In this document: in pieces, positions 49,223-62,620 of the stretch
Layout of the letters: each line of letters opens with the position of its first letter
Position numbering within the stretch: position 1 is the first letter of the stretch
NCBI GenBank assembly: GCA_002269645.1
Contig: NIVC01001728.1
Span: forward strand, 49,161-113,160
Reading direction: 5' to 3'
Origin: Macrostomum lignano
Taxonomy: Eukaryota
Length of the DNA: 64,000 bases
The notes under the pieces: generated by a model
What the model saw: only the letters and a program-made list of their open reading frames with translations
Databases searched by the model: none
What the model was told of the DNA's origin: nothing
Position numbers and translations under genes: made by a program

Positions 49223-50765
49223 GATTTACTGCCTGAACTTATGCTGGCAACTGCAATGATCAAACAGAAACTTTCAAGGCTCAAATTGAACAGTAAACTC
49301 ATAATTATTAACTTCGTTGTAAATGTATGACACAGGTATACATAGCTATATGCCTATCTTTGATTTTTCGAGAACTGTCTGGCTGATTTTTTCAAATTAG
49401 CTTTAAAAAATTGTAATTTTTTGGCAATCATGCATAATTTTTTTCTTATGAGAACTTCAAATTGGAAGTGGGTCAAATACTCGCATTTGAAAAATGATGA
49501 TTTTTATTGCTTTCAATGGGTGCTCCATTTATAATTTAATTAATCAATTCAACCATTTTAGGCCTCTCCTTGGCCAATGTACAATGTAGGATGTACTATT
49601 CACAATAAAGCTAAGGAGTTTTATGACCCTCTGTGAGATGGGCTTGCAATTTGTTGTGTTGATGGAATTTAATTGTCTATCCAATCAGTCTGATAGATGA
49701 TCAATGAAAAGAGGGAGGGCTTATATTGAAGCCGGCCTGAAATGTGGTGCCTTGTTTGTCTTTTTTGCTTTTTGCCTTTTTTGTGGTGCCATTGGAAATC
49801 CTATAAGCAAAATAAGCCTAATACCATCATCTTTCTCTATGGTAGAAGCAATACCATGTTGTATTTTTTCTAGCTTATCTTGCAATAGCTATCTTATTTG
49901 CTACATTGATTTGTCTGGTCTGCTTTGACCCTATCCAACATTTATAAAAATAAAAAAATGCTTTCCAAAAGAAGTTATAATAAGTAAGAGTTAAAAGTTT
50001 TAATTTTTGTATTAGGATATTCCTAGTTATCCTAGACTATTGGTATTAATTATTATAAGTAATAGAAAAGAGACAGACTTAAACAATATATCCATATTAG
50101 AATAAGTTTCAAAAAACCCATAGACATATAACACTAATGCATAAAGTAGCTCAAATGCATGATATACAAAAACTAAATCATAAAAAAGTGCAATGAAATG
50201 CAACACTTTTAATAAGATAGTATACTATACTTAAGATAGTATACATTATTGTATAAGATAATACCCATTGAATTTATACATGACATTACAAAATATTTAA
50301 AACATGATAGATAACCATCTGCATTTTTGTTTCAATTTCTTGAAAAGTCAAAACATAAGCATATAACTTAGAAATCAATAACTAAAATATATTTGTCACA
50401 TTTTACAATTTCAATAAAAACTAAATGTAGCATTGTTAGTAGATTTCTTTTTATTTAAGTCTGCTTAGCATGCATGCTAAATGTAGCCTTATATACCATA
50501 GTCTAGAAGGTTTGAAAAAGATTTGAAAAATTATGGCATATTTTTGCCCTTGCTAACAATCCTGGTAGGTGCTAATAAACTTATAACTTTTTTGTCAGCT
50601 AGCCTAGCTTTATATTAAATTCATAAACTGGTAAATTCCTTAGCACAGTACAGTATATGCAGCTTTTTTAGTCCATAGATAAAATAAATAGATTATTTAG
50701 TCCATAGATAATTCTTAATTATACCTGTTTAAGCTTTTGGCATAGTGTACAAAAGCATTGAAGTA

Positions 50766-51031
50766 CATACATGCACAACTGCTGGCCGACCTGGCCGATC
50801 TGGCCACCGTAAATTGTGGTAGACCAGGGGTAAGTCGCAAAAATGCCCAACCTAAAGAATACAGACGGAGTACTAATTAGATGACGAGGCATTTAGCCCT
50901 AATAAGACAGTCATAGTTACTCCTGCCGTTTACCCAGAATTGCGTTAATGTTTCCTTTACAGGTAAGTCGCATTTTTGGTCGAAAAGTAAGTTGCATGGC
51001 CAGTGTAAATCAGGGGGGTTGCGCATGTATG
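50766..51031. mobile_element. MULE-like MITE, 266 bp
   Basis: TIRs CATACATGCACAAC / GTTGCGCATGTATG, and a perfect 9-bp TSD ATTGAAGTA (50757-50765 and 51032-51040). Confidence 0.9.
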
Positions 51032-52036
51032 ATTGAAGTATATGACATCATTGCATAAATTACGCTGAACAATCTGCTTTTAATTTTGAGTTAATTTGCA
51101 GTCATGAAAATAATTTTGATTTTCAAACAATATACTAAAACTTTTTAGTATACTTAATCAATAATAAATGTAACTATTTTGTTTTACTAATTCTTTTCAT
51201 TTTTTTCAAATAATATAGGTTTTTAAATTTTTTTATGGTATGGTGTAAATTATTTGCTATGCCTAAGATTGATTATTGCATTGTTTTTGTGCTTGTTAAT
51301 CACAAAGTTTTAATTGTCATACAATTTACTAGAATGTTAATTGGTATATTTTATTGGCATACACTTTACTATGCAATAGATAGTCTGATACTTTCCAGCA
51401 TATATATAACACAATCCACAATATGGCCATCTTGTGTGTCATAAAATCTACATTTTAAAATACATTTATATATATGATTTGCCACCTACTGATTGGAATG
51501 ATTGTGCATTTGTGCTCTTTTTCTTCAAACCAAATGAAGGCCTGCAATTTTCTCTAATAGGGTACAAATATGATAAAAATATAAGATATAATAAAACTAT
51601 AAAACAATGATCCAAAGAATCAATGATCCCAATATTAATCAATTTCAATTTCAATTAGTTTTAATAAATTTAATTTAATTACAAATATTTATCAATCACT
51701 TGTTTATATACATACAAATTGAGAATGCACACAAATTTGGCAACAGAAATTTAACATGGACAAATTTGGCAAAAATCTAAGCAAATTTGGCAACATATTT
51801 TTGTAGCTAAAGACAATTAAGTTAAAGTAAACTACATATAATGAGGACTTTTTTAAAATGCTTGTAAAAGTTTATAAATGTAAAATAATGGCCGCATAAG
51901 CATGTTAAAATAACCCAAAAGTATGTCGTTAAATTGGATTACCTATATATTTGAGAATATGGTATGTGGTATATAGGGGGCCATTTGACACTTCTCAAAG
52001 GTTTTTGCTTATTATGAGGCTGCCCAACCTTAAATC

Positions 52037-52306
52037 CAGGGGCGTAGCGAGGGAGGGGGGTATCAGTATATCGGCCAATACCCCCAAATTTCCAAAGCAA
52101 CATTTTTTTTCCTTTTTTCAGTTGCAATTGTGACTGTTAAGGAAGAGAAAGGTATCCAAATTGAAAGAATAACAATTAACAAACAAATAGAGTAATTATA
52201 TGTATTATGCACTAGAAATACATTAAGGGGATATGTGGATCTCAAGCTTTTGCTTTTTGATAACAGCTAACCGATACCCCAAAAAAAAATCCTGGCTACG
52301 CCCCTG
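52037..52306. mobile_element. hAT-type MITE, 270 bp
   Basis: Perfect TIR CAGGGGCGTAGC / GCTACGCCCCTG, and a perfect 8-bp TSD CTTAAATC (52029-52036 and 52307-52314). Confidence 0.92.
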
Positions 52307-55300
52307 CTTAAATCCACATTGCTTAGAAAGGACTTTCAATACTCACAAGGATAAATAATAGATAAAACAAACTCAATTAAATGGGAAAGCTAATATATAT
52401 TGAAGAATACCATTATACTAAAGGAATTATCCAAATTTATAAATTATATACAATTTTTTCATTTATTAATTGTTGCCAAATTTGCTTTTGCCAAATTGGT
52501 CTATGACTATTGTAAATCTCTGTCGCCAAATTTGTTTGTCGCTAAATTGGTTAGCACTGTAAATTGAAACTTTACTGATTTTGCTTTTGAGTGCATCTCT
52601 TATTGCTATATTCATTATACTATAGCAATAGTATAGCATTACACTATACTTCATTATACTATATATTAGAAATTATAGTAAATTGGTCAACACAGTTGAC
52701 AAATAAAAGTTGCTTCTTTGGCAACACTATTTTCTAATTTCTATTTTCTATTTTCCAAAATTGATACATGCAAAGAATTGTTTAAATGCCTTATTACAAG
52801 CTTCAAAACTCAGAAAGGAAATTTTACTTTAAAAATGAACTTTTTTCACATGCCAAGTGTATTTTATTAAGAGTGATACATGCCAAATATGCACACCCAA
52901 TTTGGCATGCAACCATAGTCTGTTTCGTTATAGTTATGTCAGAAATCTCTGGCATAATTTTAGACAAAAATTCTAGTCTTGGTATAAATGCTTGGAGTAA
53001 GAATTAATAGAAAAATGGACTGGCATGAAGGATAGGTATAAAAACAACTACAGATGATCTTTTGGCACATTTCCCTGACCAAAATAAATGCAACTGACCA
53101 TGTTTTAATTACTGTAACTTATTTCAAGTATTTGAATAAAACAGAGAATTTAAATAATAACACATTTTATAATTTGCAAAAAGTAAAACAAAGTTTAAAA
53201 TCTAGAAATTAAGCTGTAATGAAAAAACTTTTAGGTTGTTATCTTTTTGATACTTATATATGTTTCTAAAGTTTTAATTTTAATATATAAAAAAACATAA
53301 ATAAACTTTTTTGAAATAAAAAAAGTTTGTACAAACTGCCCCACGCCCCCCTTTTAGTCTAGGTATTATGCCTAGCGTGCAGTGCATAAGCCTGGTGTAA
53401 CTCTGGCATAAATGATGAAATTTTATCAGTTTTCCTCTGGCATAACTCCAGTCCAAGCATGAAACGGACTATTGGCATGCAAGGTCAATGCACATCTAAT
53501 TTTTGGGCATATTGATATAAGCTACTATATTTTCCAGAGTGTAGGAGAAGGGAGAGGTGACTATTTAACTACTGCCCCCCTTAACAGATAAACAGACAAA
53601 TAGTGCAAAATTAATATAAATGTAATTTGCAATTAGGCCTAATTAAAAAAATAATAATAAATAATAGTTTTTAGCAAAAAATTAGCCATTTATAACTTAT
53701 AAAAAACTCTTATATTCCTAAATATATATACAATATAAGCAACTTTACTCTCAGCATAATTTTTTACATTGTTGCAAAATTAAAAAAACTAGAATTTTCA
53801 TTCTAGCATATATCTACCATGATCATGATTTGGACTATGGCTTATATATTAAAAATCATAGTTTGGATCATGTATTAGTATACGCCGGGTCCAGTGGGGG
53901 AACAAGTATAGGACAAAGTATAGGTCAGTTGTGCTTTTGATGTAGGCCTAGTGAGTTAGCTAAAAAAAATTGAATCATGAATGTTTGTATTGGCATTTCT
54001 ACTCAATTCAATGAATACATACAAATAATAAATATAGTAGCCTTACTAATGACTAGGCCTATGTTATCAATCAACTAGTAAGTTAACTACGGCCTGGCCC
54101 TACTCGTCGTAGGTAACAACACCAGATTTCTAATATAATTTATTATCCAATAACCTACAAAAGCCATTCTTCACTTAAATAAAACTCAAGTGTAGCTACA
54201 AAATTAAGTGACATTTTTGTCTTACATTCAGGCAACACTTTACTCACAAACTTTAAGTGACATTCAGACTTTACCCACACTGGCCACGCGTCGCATGCAC
54301 AATCACGTCGTGCGATCCCGAGCACCGATTGATCACGTGGAAAAAAACTAATTAAATCCGCGGGTATTGTACTAAGTTAAAAATAACAAAGCAGTTTTTA
54401 CTCTGTCATTTAAATACGACAGGTACCCTAACACTTTAACAGCACTTATATATTTTTTTAGTTTTGAATTTAGAGTTGAGCCTTGTAGCCTAAACAAGGC
54501 GTTATGCCGTCAGTGTAAGTGAGTAGACATACAAGAAACAATCATTTCCTTTGCGTCCATTTATTATTTAAAACTGATTCGATGCAGCTATCACCTCATT
54601 TAGCTGAACTTGCTCTCATGAATATTTTACTGATTGTTTTAAGAATTGATTTGCAGGATCTGAGGACGACCATGCAAAACGACTGATAGCTAATTTATAC
54701 ATATTGTATAATGTATTGTAGTAGCAGGACGTACATGTAAAACTCAAAGATCGTGTATTTTTAGGAGGCCAATTTCCAGGAAACATACACTGAGAGATAG
54801 ATAAGAAAAATCCTTTTTGAACCACAAAATCCATGATTTAATTTGATCTTAGGGCGGTGATATCGATCCGGTAAAAATCAACATGGCCATTTACTTGAAT
54901 TTAACATATGTTACGTACTCTGTTACATTTTACACAGCTAAGGTGTAAAATATACCAATATGGTTGTGAAGTGAAAGTTTTAATTTTCATAGTGTTTACT
55001 TTTTTATTTCATAAACCTAAGCCCAAAGTTACGTACATGTAATGTAGATCATGTACATGTACGATCTCCAGTGAGATTTTGCTTCGTTCCTTCTTATCCA
55101 AGGGCCTACTAACTTACACGATTTCCATTGTTTAGTTGTACATACAACTTAGTTGCGCGTAGAGAAGTGCTGCTATTTTCTTGCATAAGCTGCATTTGAA
55201 TTCGTAGCTAAAATTATACACTTTTAATTCGAGCTGTTGCTTAATTTATGGGGTTGCTACCGCGCATCCGCTTTCCTGCCAATTCTGCTCCTGTATCGAT

Positions 55301-56731
55301 CAATTCTACGTTTAACAAACGAATAGCCCGTATGAATAAAAAGAGTAATTTCTCAGTTTAATACAGGCCCGAGTAAATGCTTGAGTTGGAGCAGTTGCTC
55401 GTTTTATTTATATGGCCTAATAAATATGAGCCCAAAACGGCCACCCTCAAAAAGACATATGACGTAAGCTGTCATGCTTCTGTGTAGTTACATGATTACA
55501 GCAATACGCTGTACATTAAATCGCGTATACTCGTATATTTTGTTTTTGAAATAAAAAAATAAAGCTGCCTCATCCTGCGCAAATAGCCAACGTAAAATCA
55601 AGTTCTAGTGCCGGATCGCTAGCTTCTGTCCCGACACACGCCGTGAGTCAAGTCGACAACAGGGCAGTAGCCGGAACAGCAGCCAACGTGGTGGGTGCAC
55701 GCTTTACCATTGACAAGGCACGTCCGGCTGCTGCACGAGTTTACTGTCCAGACTGTGCATGGAGTTAAAAACAGTTGTTAATCGGATTTTACACTTGGTT
55801 TCGATACATGTATCCAGGACCGCATACATGTAAGCAGATTATTAGTACAGCTGATCGCAAATGATCGCAGACCACACACTCTATAGCTTTCGGATCTTTG
55901 AATCTAAGGCGACAGTACAACCGCAGCAAAAGAAACAAGCACGTCCGCAGTTGTATCATCAGTACCTGACAGAACCCTGAATCTGTATCATCAGTATCTA
56001 CTCTGTGTTTTTGATGCTGAACACCAAATACGAATATGAATTGCGGACAACAAGACCCAAACCAAGTTTTCGCACAGTTGGTTTAATAATGGAGTACACA
56101 TTTTTCACAGAACTCTACATTTTTCGGGTATATTATGAACATGTTTTTAGCAACAGGAACTTTTAACTAACAAATTAATGTTTTAGTTGAAGAAACTCGT
56201 TTTAAGGGGACAAAGACATGCAGGACAGGGCCCCTCTGTCATACTTCACATGCTTTTCCAAGATTAAACCAACATTTTGATATTGGCATAAAGAATAACT
56301 GACCGCTACTTTGCTTGTAATGAACACTGATGCAGATCACTATACGCGCTACTTACCAGTAAGAAGTAGACTGAGTAGTACCAGCTGCAGTAGGAAGGTG
56401 CAAAGCTTCAGCGGCATAATATCGATTTATTTAGTTTATTCACAGCGGGTCGTCGATGTAACTTTCAGATGCAGACGCTATTAAGCTATTCTTCCTTTTT
56501 AGAGTAAGACGAGGATTTCCCATTTTATCCAACTTTGCCTGTAGCTACGCCTTGTCTCTGTCGCTATAGTGCCTTGCTAGCGGAGATTCTCACTAAATAA
56601 ACTACGATTGCTTATTTAATCAATAAAAAATTGTGCTATTCTAAGCCGGGAATGTGTTGTCTATGGTAATTTTTGGTGAGATTATTTGACAAAAACTAGG
56701 ATATTATCACAGAACTTACGGATATTAAATC

Positions 56732-57507
56732 ATTACACACCATTTTACCCTCGATTTTGAACAAGGAGAACTTCGAAACCGACAAACTCCTCTCCAATAT
56801 TGACACTCTATGGTCGGGCACTCAAAATCTACAATCAATATTGACAGATCAAGCTTCAATTTTGACTAACTCTGGTTCAATTTTGACAATACACGTTTAG
56901 TCAACTTCTCCTGGGAGAATTCGGTAACAAAGTAATCAAATGAAAGCCTGAACGGGGCGAAAGTTATCTGTGCAAAATCAGCTGATTCTGATCTGACTTT
57001 GCTTTTGGGATCTACAAGTATTGATAAAAAAATTTTCTCCATCCTTTTACACACAGAGACTAAAATAGCCTGACTGTTCAATATTGATTAGGAGTTGTCA
57101 AAAATGGATGGGACTTTTCGGGTACACAAACTATAGAGTGTCAGTTTTGAAGCAACTCTGTCAAAATAGAATCGGACTTTGCGGCCCAACCAGTCAGGCT
57201 ATTTTAGTCTCTGTGTGTAAAAGGATGGAGAAAATTTCAAAGTCAGATCAGAATCAGCTGATTTTGCACAGATAACTTTCGCCCCGTTCAGGCTTTCATT
57301 TGATTACTTTGTTACCGAATTCTCCCAGGAGAAGTTGACTAAACGTGTATTGTCAAAATTGAACCAGAGTTAGTCAAAATTGAAGCTTGATCTGTCAATA
57401 TTGATTGTAGATTTTGAGTGCCCGACCATAGAGTGTCAATATTGGAGAGGAGTTTGTCGGTTTCGAAGTTCTCCTTGTTCAAAATCGAGGGTAAAATGGT
57501 GTATAAT
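56732..57507. mobile_element. Foldback element / large palindrome: arms of about 345 and 317 bp with a 114-bp spacer
   Basis: 56732-57076 is the reverse complement of 57191-57507, apart from an indel of about 28 bp near 57001-57030 and mismatches at the very end. Confidence 0.92.
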
Positions 57508-57559
57508 CTCCTCGAAATCAGGAGCATTACACCTTTTTGTGTTCTATTTCGATGAACTG

Positions 57560-57850
57560 CATTCAATTTCGGCAAACTGGCTTTCATTTTCGGTATCAGC
57601 TACGGCCGCACATCCAAACTGCATTCGAATTCGACAAACCGAGAACCAATTTCGGCAAACTGCATTCAATTTCGGCTACTCAAGTTTCTAATTAGACAAA
57701 CTGATATTTAAATTCGGCAAACTGCGTTCAATTTCGGCATCGTATATTCAATTTCGGCAGCCAACGCCTCGTGCCACAGACTGTCTATGGAAATAAGCCC
57801 AAAACTGATTTTCAATTTCGGCAAACTGCACTCAATTTCGACAGCACGAA
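57560..57850. repeat. Degenerate direct repeats of TTCAATTTCGGCAAACTG (probable MITE interior)
   Basis: About eight imperfect copies read directly. Confidence 0.7.
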
Positions 57851-58099
57851 TCTATAAAAGAGAAAAAATAAAGACAGAAAAGAGGACTTATGAATTAGGA
57901 CTTAGAGTTTGCACAAGTACTGCATTTGGAGTACAGTTAAAATGTAATCGTCAGCACTCATCAGCAAGCAATTGCGCGCGAAGGAACAAAGCGCATAGCC
58001 AGAAACAATTGCACAATGCACAGTATGTACATAGTATTTCGTGCACAAGTGATACGCATCGAATTACACCTTAACTTACTCCAAATGCAGTACTTGTTT

Positions 58100-59058
58100 C
58101 GCTAAGATTCCTTGCTTATGAGCTTGGTGTCAGCTATGGAAGTGCTCATAACATCATGCATGAGCAACTGGGCTGCACAAAGACCTGCGCTCGGTGGGTA
58201 CCCCATCTTCTCACTCCAGAGCAGCAAGCATCTCCAGAGGTGCTCCAGAGGTGCGAATCTGCCGCTTGTGGCTGCAAATTTTTGAGCCCCACGGCCCACG
58301 ACGACTGTCGGATGTCATCACAGGAGACGAATGTTGGATTTCCTTCTTTACCATGAAGGATAAGCAGTCCAACATGGTCTGGCTGGCAGAAGATGAGCCA
58401 AGGCCTGAGGTGCTGAAGACTGGATTCCGCAGTCGGAAGCGGATGTTCACCATTTTTTCAACTCTCAGGGTGTTGCATCGGTGAACATCCTTCCAGTGGG
58501 TGCCACAGTGACTGCCAGGTACTACACAGACGCTGTTCTGCCAGGCGTGCTGCAGGAGCGGCAAGAACGTGCGCGAACCAGGCATGGACCTCGACTTCTG
58601 CTGCACCATGACAATGTGGCACCGCACAGATCGGCCTCAACCATGGCGTACCCAAGGACAACTGAAGTTACGTTAAATACTACTACTTCCTACTTCAGTT
58701 ACTACTTCAGTTGTCCTTGGGCGTACCTGGAGCAGCAAGGGGTCCAGCTGCTGCCCCATCCACCCTACTCTCCAGACCTAGCACCCTGTGACTTTTGGCT
58801 GTTCCCGAGGATCAAATCCGTAATTTCTGGGGGCCGTTTTTACGCATACAAGACCTTGCCCAAGCAGTAAATTCAGCTCTATAGGGTATACCAACTTTGG
58901 AGTACCATGACTGCTTTCAGACATGGTGCACACGCATGCGACGGTGCATACATGGTGGTGGAAAGTACTTTGAGGGAATGTGACACTGATTAGACGCCTC
59001 GGCTGCTATAACACTGAGTTGTGAGGTCACTTGCAGAACTTTTTGATCACCCCTCGTA
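58100..59058 (+). mobile_element. 5'-truncated, frameshifted mariner (D,D34D) transposon
   Basis: ARWVPHLLT, ITGDECW, LLHHDNVAPH and HPPYSPDLAPCDFWLFP. The spacing is exactly D34D once the 75-nt insertion is removed. Right TIR ...AACTTTTTGATCACCCCTCG followed by TA at 59057-59058. No left TIR seen. Confidence 0.95.
58653..58719. mobile_element. 67-bp micro-MITE inserted in the mariner transposase
   Basis: Perfect 16-bp TIR CAAGGACAACTGAAGT / ACTTCAGTTGTCCTTG, and a perfect 8-bp TSD GGCGTACC (58645-58652 and 58720-58727). Confidence 0.92.
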
Positions 59059-59394
59059 AGTCATCACGAGCTGGCGCAGGAATTACAGGAAAAGAAGCTA
59101 GGGAGGGGTGCACGAAAATTGGTGGAGGGCCCAAGAAGTGCCTAAATCATGAACTTAGTGAGAATTGATCGATATATTCTATATCGTAAATATTCTGCCA
59201 AAGATTAGTAGCTAGTTAGTAGGTCATAGCTTTACTCGTAAGATTGAAAATTAAAGTGATTAACTTACGCGCTCCAGATATAGTAAAAGTCTAAGAAAGC
59301 TGGTTTTATGTTTTTAATTTTCCATTTTGCTGAATTTAAATGTGCCGATTAAAATAAATTATAACTATCAAAATGAAGCCCAACATTTCAGCCT

Positions 59395-59705
59395 CTCCGG
59401 TGTCGAGAATGCGGAGCATTTCATCCGCGAATGCCCCGGCCTTTACTCAGGACAGACTCACCTTCACTCAGTACCTCGGCCCAAACCCGGACCTCTCCGA
59501 CGTTTTTAGGCCTGAGACCCTCTGTCAGCTTGTCCGATACCCAAGGGCTACCGGGCGAGCGACCATCCACCTCCTGGACCGCGCTGCGGACACCGGCCTC
59601 ACCGGATCTCCCTGCGCGACACCGCAGCACCAGCCAGCGAAATGGGCGGCAACGCCTCCTTGCTGCATCCGCATCCCTGCAACTAAGTCAAGTACATTTA
59701 AGTCA
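59395..59705 (+). mobile_element. 3' end of a 5'-truncated non-LTR retrotransposon (I/R1/Ingi-like C-terminal knuckle plus 3' UTR)
   Basis: ENAEHFIRECP followed, after a frameshift, by AF..DRL...LG..DL.D...LVRY.RATGR, and a short-repeat tail (CTAAGTCAAGT...TAAGTCAAG). Confidence 0.6.
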
Positions 59706-61263
59706 AGAAGCCTAACATTTCAACGAATATCAAAAATAAAAGACAGAAAATTACTTAACAGTCAAAAGACCTTGAAACCACTAAAAAACCATATTGTATC
59801 TTAAAAATTGCCTGCTTCCATCCCCACAGGGAAAACCGCTAGTGGCCCCAATTTGCAAATTGGACGGAAAACTTTCCGATCAAATATAATTTCTAGCTAC
59901 TAGCTACAGTTGACGTCACGATCTTATGTTTAGGCAGACAATAGTACGTCTTTTTACGCAAGCTTTCGACTGTTAAATAATGATGGGTTTAATCTTGGAT
60001 AGCTGTATTATTTGTTGAACTTCAATATTTCAACAGTATTGTAAAACAATTACGAGTATATAGAGCAGAAAAATATAATCAGAGATACGAAATTACTTAA
60101 ATCACAGTTTTTTTAAAAAATATAACAACCATGTAGGCATTAAAACGTCAGAGTTAAAATTAAAAATGTTGGAAATAAAAAAACTGGTGTTATAGCTATT
60201 TCAAAATGATGTTTGGGCAAGGCTAGAGATATGAATGTACGCTCGTATACTTAGCAACATCTAAAAGTCGGCATCACAGAAGATTCCGTCTGTAGTCGTG
60301 ACTTTTGAGAGTGCAGGTAAAGTCTCTCAATCTTGCGAGTGATGCAACTCAGCTACGCCGAGGCAGACTTGAGTTGAGGAATGAAGTAGGCGGGGAGCGG
60401 TGTGCGAGGGTTGGACGGATTAAAGCTACTCCAATCAGTTTTCTCGTATCTTTTATTTCAGAATAGTCCAAGAGAAATTGCTCACTGGCGCATAGAGTGG
60501 CGACTTTTCAATTTTGCTGAGTGTATGTGCATTAATAAAACAAAAATAGAAAAATTCGCTGCACGGTAAAGCTGCACGGATTAAACAATTGAAAATCTAT
60601 AAAAATACCTAAGTATACTTTCAGGATCAGTAAATCTCAATTTGACACAAAACAAAACGCAGTGTTTCAGTTAAATCGTTGAGAGAAAATCTATTTTAAC
60701 AAGTCTCCCGGCTGAATAAAAAGAAAATGTTACGGAAAAGTTAGGAAAAATCTAGGCAAAACAATCCATCTCGTGATAAAAAAGTAAGTTGCTGTGGCAA
60801 TAGTAATAGAAGCCTAAAATTACCTTTTTAAATTTAAACTACGTTTTAGTTTAAAAAACCGCTAAATTTTATTGCTGGCACGAACTACTCCATAACTAGT
60901 GACAGCAGGGTAGAAACATTTCATAAGCTTTTGGGACTCAACTTCTTTATTATACGAGCGTAGCTACATTTTGCGTACCTAATTTTCTTTTATTAGTTTT
61001 AAACAACAATTATCTTGAGTAAATCCATATGTAAGCTCGTATGTGAAAGTGATGCTTTACAAATTAATCGCGTAAAAAGTTCATTCAAGCTCGATCACAT
61101 GCTGATATGCAGAAATGGGTGAGATGATTTCCCATTCGAAAAAAATCCTTAGTAATCACTGCTATACTATATAAGCCTATCAATTAAGTGTCTAAAATAG
61201 ACTTTTCAGTTGAAAAATTACCGAATTAAAAAGAGTCATTAGCCTAAAGGGCTTCAAAAGTTA

Positions 61264-61466
61264 TTATTTCTGCTTCGAGTCGAACTCTTCTCCTTCGCCG
61301 GAGGTGACATCTTCTGGCGCAGACTTTTGCACTAAGCGGTACATTATCGACTCGAAGGTGTCAATGGAATCTACGTGAGTCCGGTTGCGAATGCTGGTTA
61401 GTTTCAGCTCCACATCGTTGAGGCTTGTGAGCCAGTCTGAAGTGTCAGCGTTGGATTTGCGAATTA
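61264..61466 (-). CDS. PKD1-like polycystin, putative terminal exon
   Basis: Acceptor GAAACAG|TA (phase 1) opens VIRKSNADTSDWLTSLNDVELKL...DSKQK-stop. An alternative acceptor 14 nt upstream would give a short G-K-L-K-Q-stop end. Confidence 0.6.
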
Positions 61467-61635
61467 CTGTTTCAGTTTACCTATTAATAATTTAATAAGG
61501 CTTTAAGGTGGCGGGGAGTGTTGGCAGGGGAGACAGTGGCGAGGCAGTGATATTCCAGCACCAAAATTTCCCACCCGAGCGCAGGAGCCGCCCAAAAATG
61601 GATGTGGATCATGGTAAAAGCAACGTCCTGCTTAC

Positions 61636-62432
61636 CTTCTTCCGGGCTTTCAATGTACACTGGATCGGGGCGGCCACGAGCAATTTTCTTTAAGCTATTC
61701 AGTATGTAATCGATTATCTTGAAGTTCTCCTCTTCTGGCGCATCCTCCATTTCCTGACGAACCTCTTCGTAGCTGTCATTGAGAATAGCCACAAACATGT
61801 TGAGCACAATGTACATGATAAAGCTGATGTAGGCCAGGAATATTAGTTTAGCTTTCAGGCCGTTTCGACTGATCACAGCCACATCGAATTTTCCAAGCAT
61901 GACTGAGAACTGGGTGGACATGGCCTGCAGTACTGAGTAGTACTGCGCCTCGTGCCTTCCCAGGTACAGATAGTGCAGCAGGGTGAAGGCTATGAATGCA
62001 ATGCTGAACACCCAGAAGAAGGACTTCAGCTGATCCAGCGAACGCGTCAAAGTGCCCAATAAGTGACTCAGATTTCGGCTAAAACGAATCATGCTCAAAA
62101 ATGACAACTGAACAAGGAATGTTGCGATACCCAGAAGGTAACAAAATGTCTCGTTCAGATACATGACGTAGCGAAGATTTGTGCTCAAGCCGCTCTTCGA
62201 GTTCTGCATAGCCTCCAGGGCGGTGACAGTCGCCATGGAGCGCATGACGTAAAAGGCGGCGGCGCAGATGAGGCACACAAACGCGGTCAGGTTGAATATG
62301 TTCCAAACGCTTTTGAAGTAGGCGCAACGCTCACGGGACAAGTCATAGTAGGCCTTTACTAGGAGGCATAGGGTCAGCAGTCCAGTCAGGATTTCTGATA
62401 TCAGCGCGAAAAGTCCCATTACACCGACGTAT
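61636..62432 (-). CDS. PKD1-like (PKD1L2/REJ-type) polycystin, ion-channel-like domain exon
   Basis: Acceptor CATTTCAG|A. YFKSVWNIFN, IRFSRNL, MLGKFD and VLNMFVAILNDSYEEVR. Donor GAAG|GTAAGC. Confidence 0.92.
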
Positions 62433-62620
62433 CTGAAATGGATCGAATTAAGTTGTCTTGTTAGCTCCTACTACATTTTTTTATGTTGAAGATGTTTAAG
62501 TTAAAGATACAATACAACTACTATTCCTTAAATAAAATTCTAATTTGAAAGTATGATGCGCAAAATGACTTTCTTATTTACTATTCATTTCAAGAATAAG
62601 AGTATCAGCCCAACCCTTAC

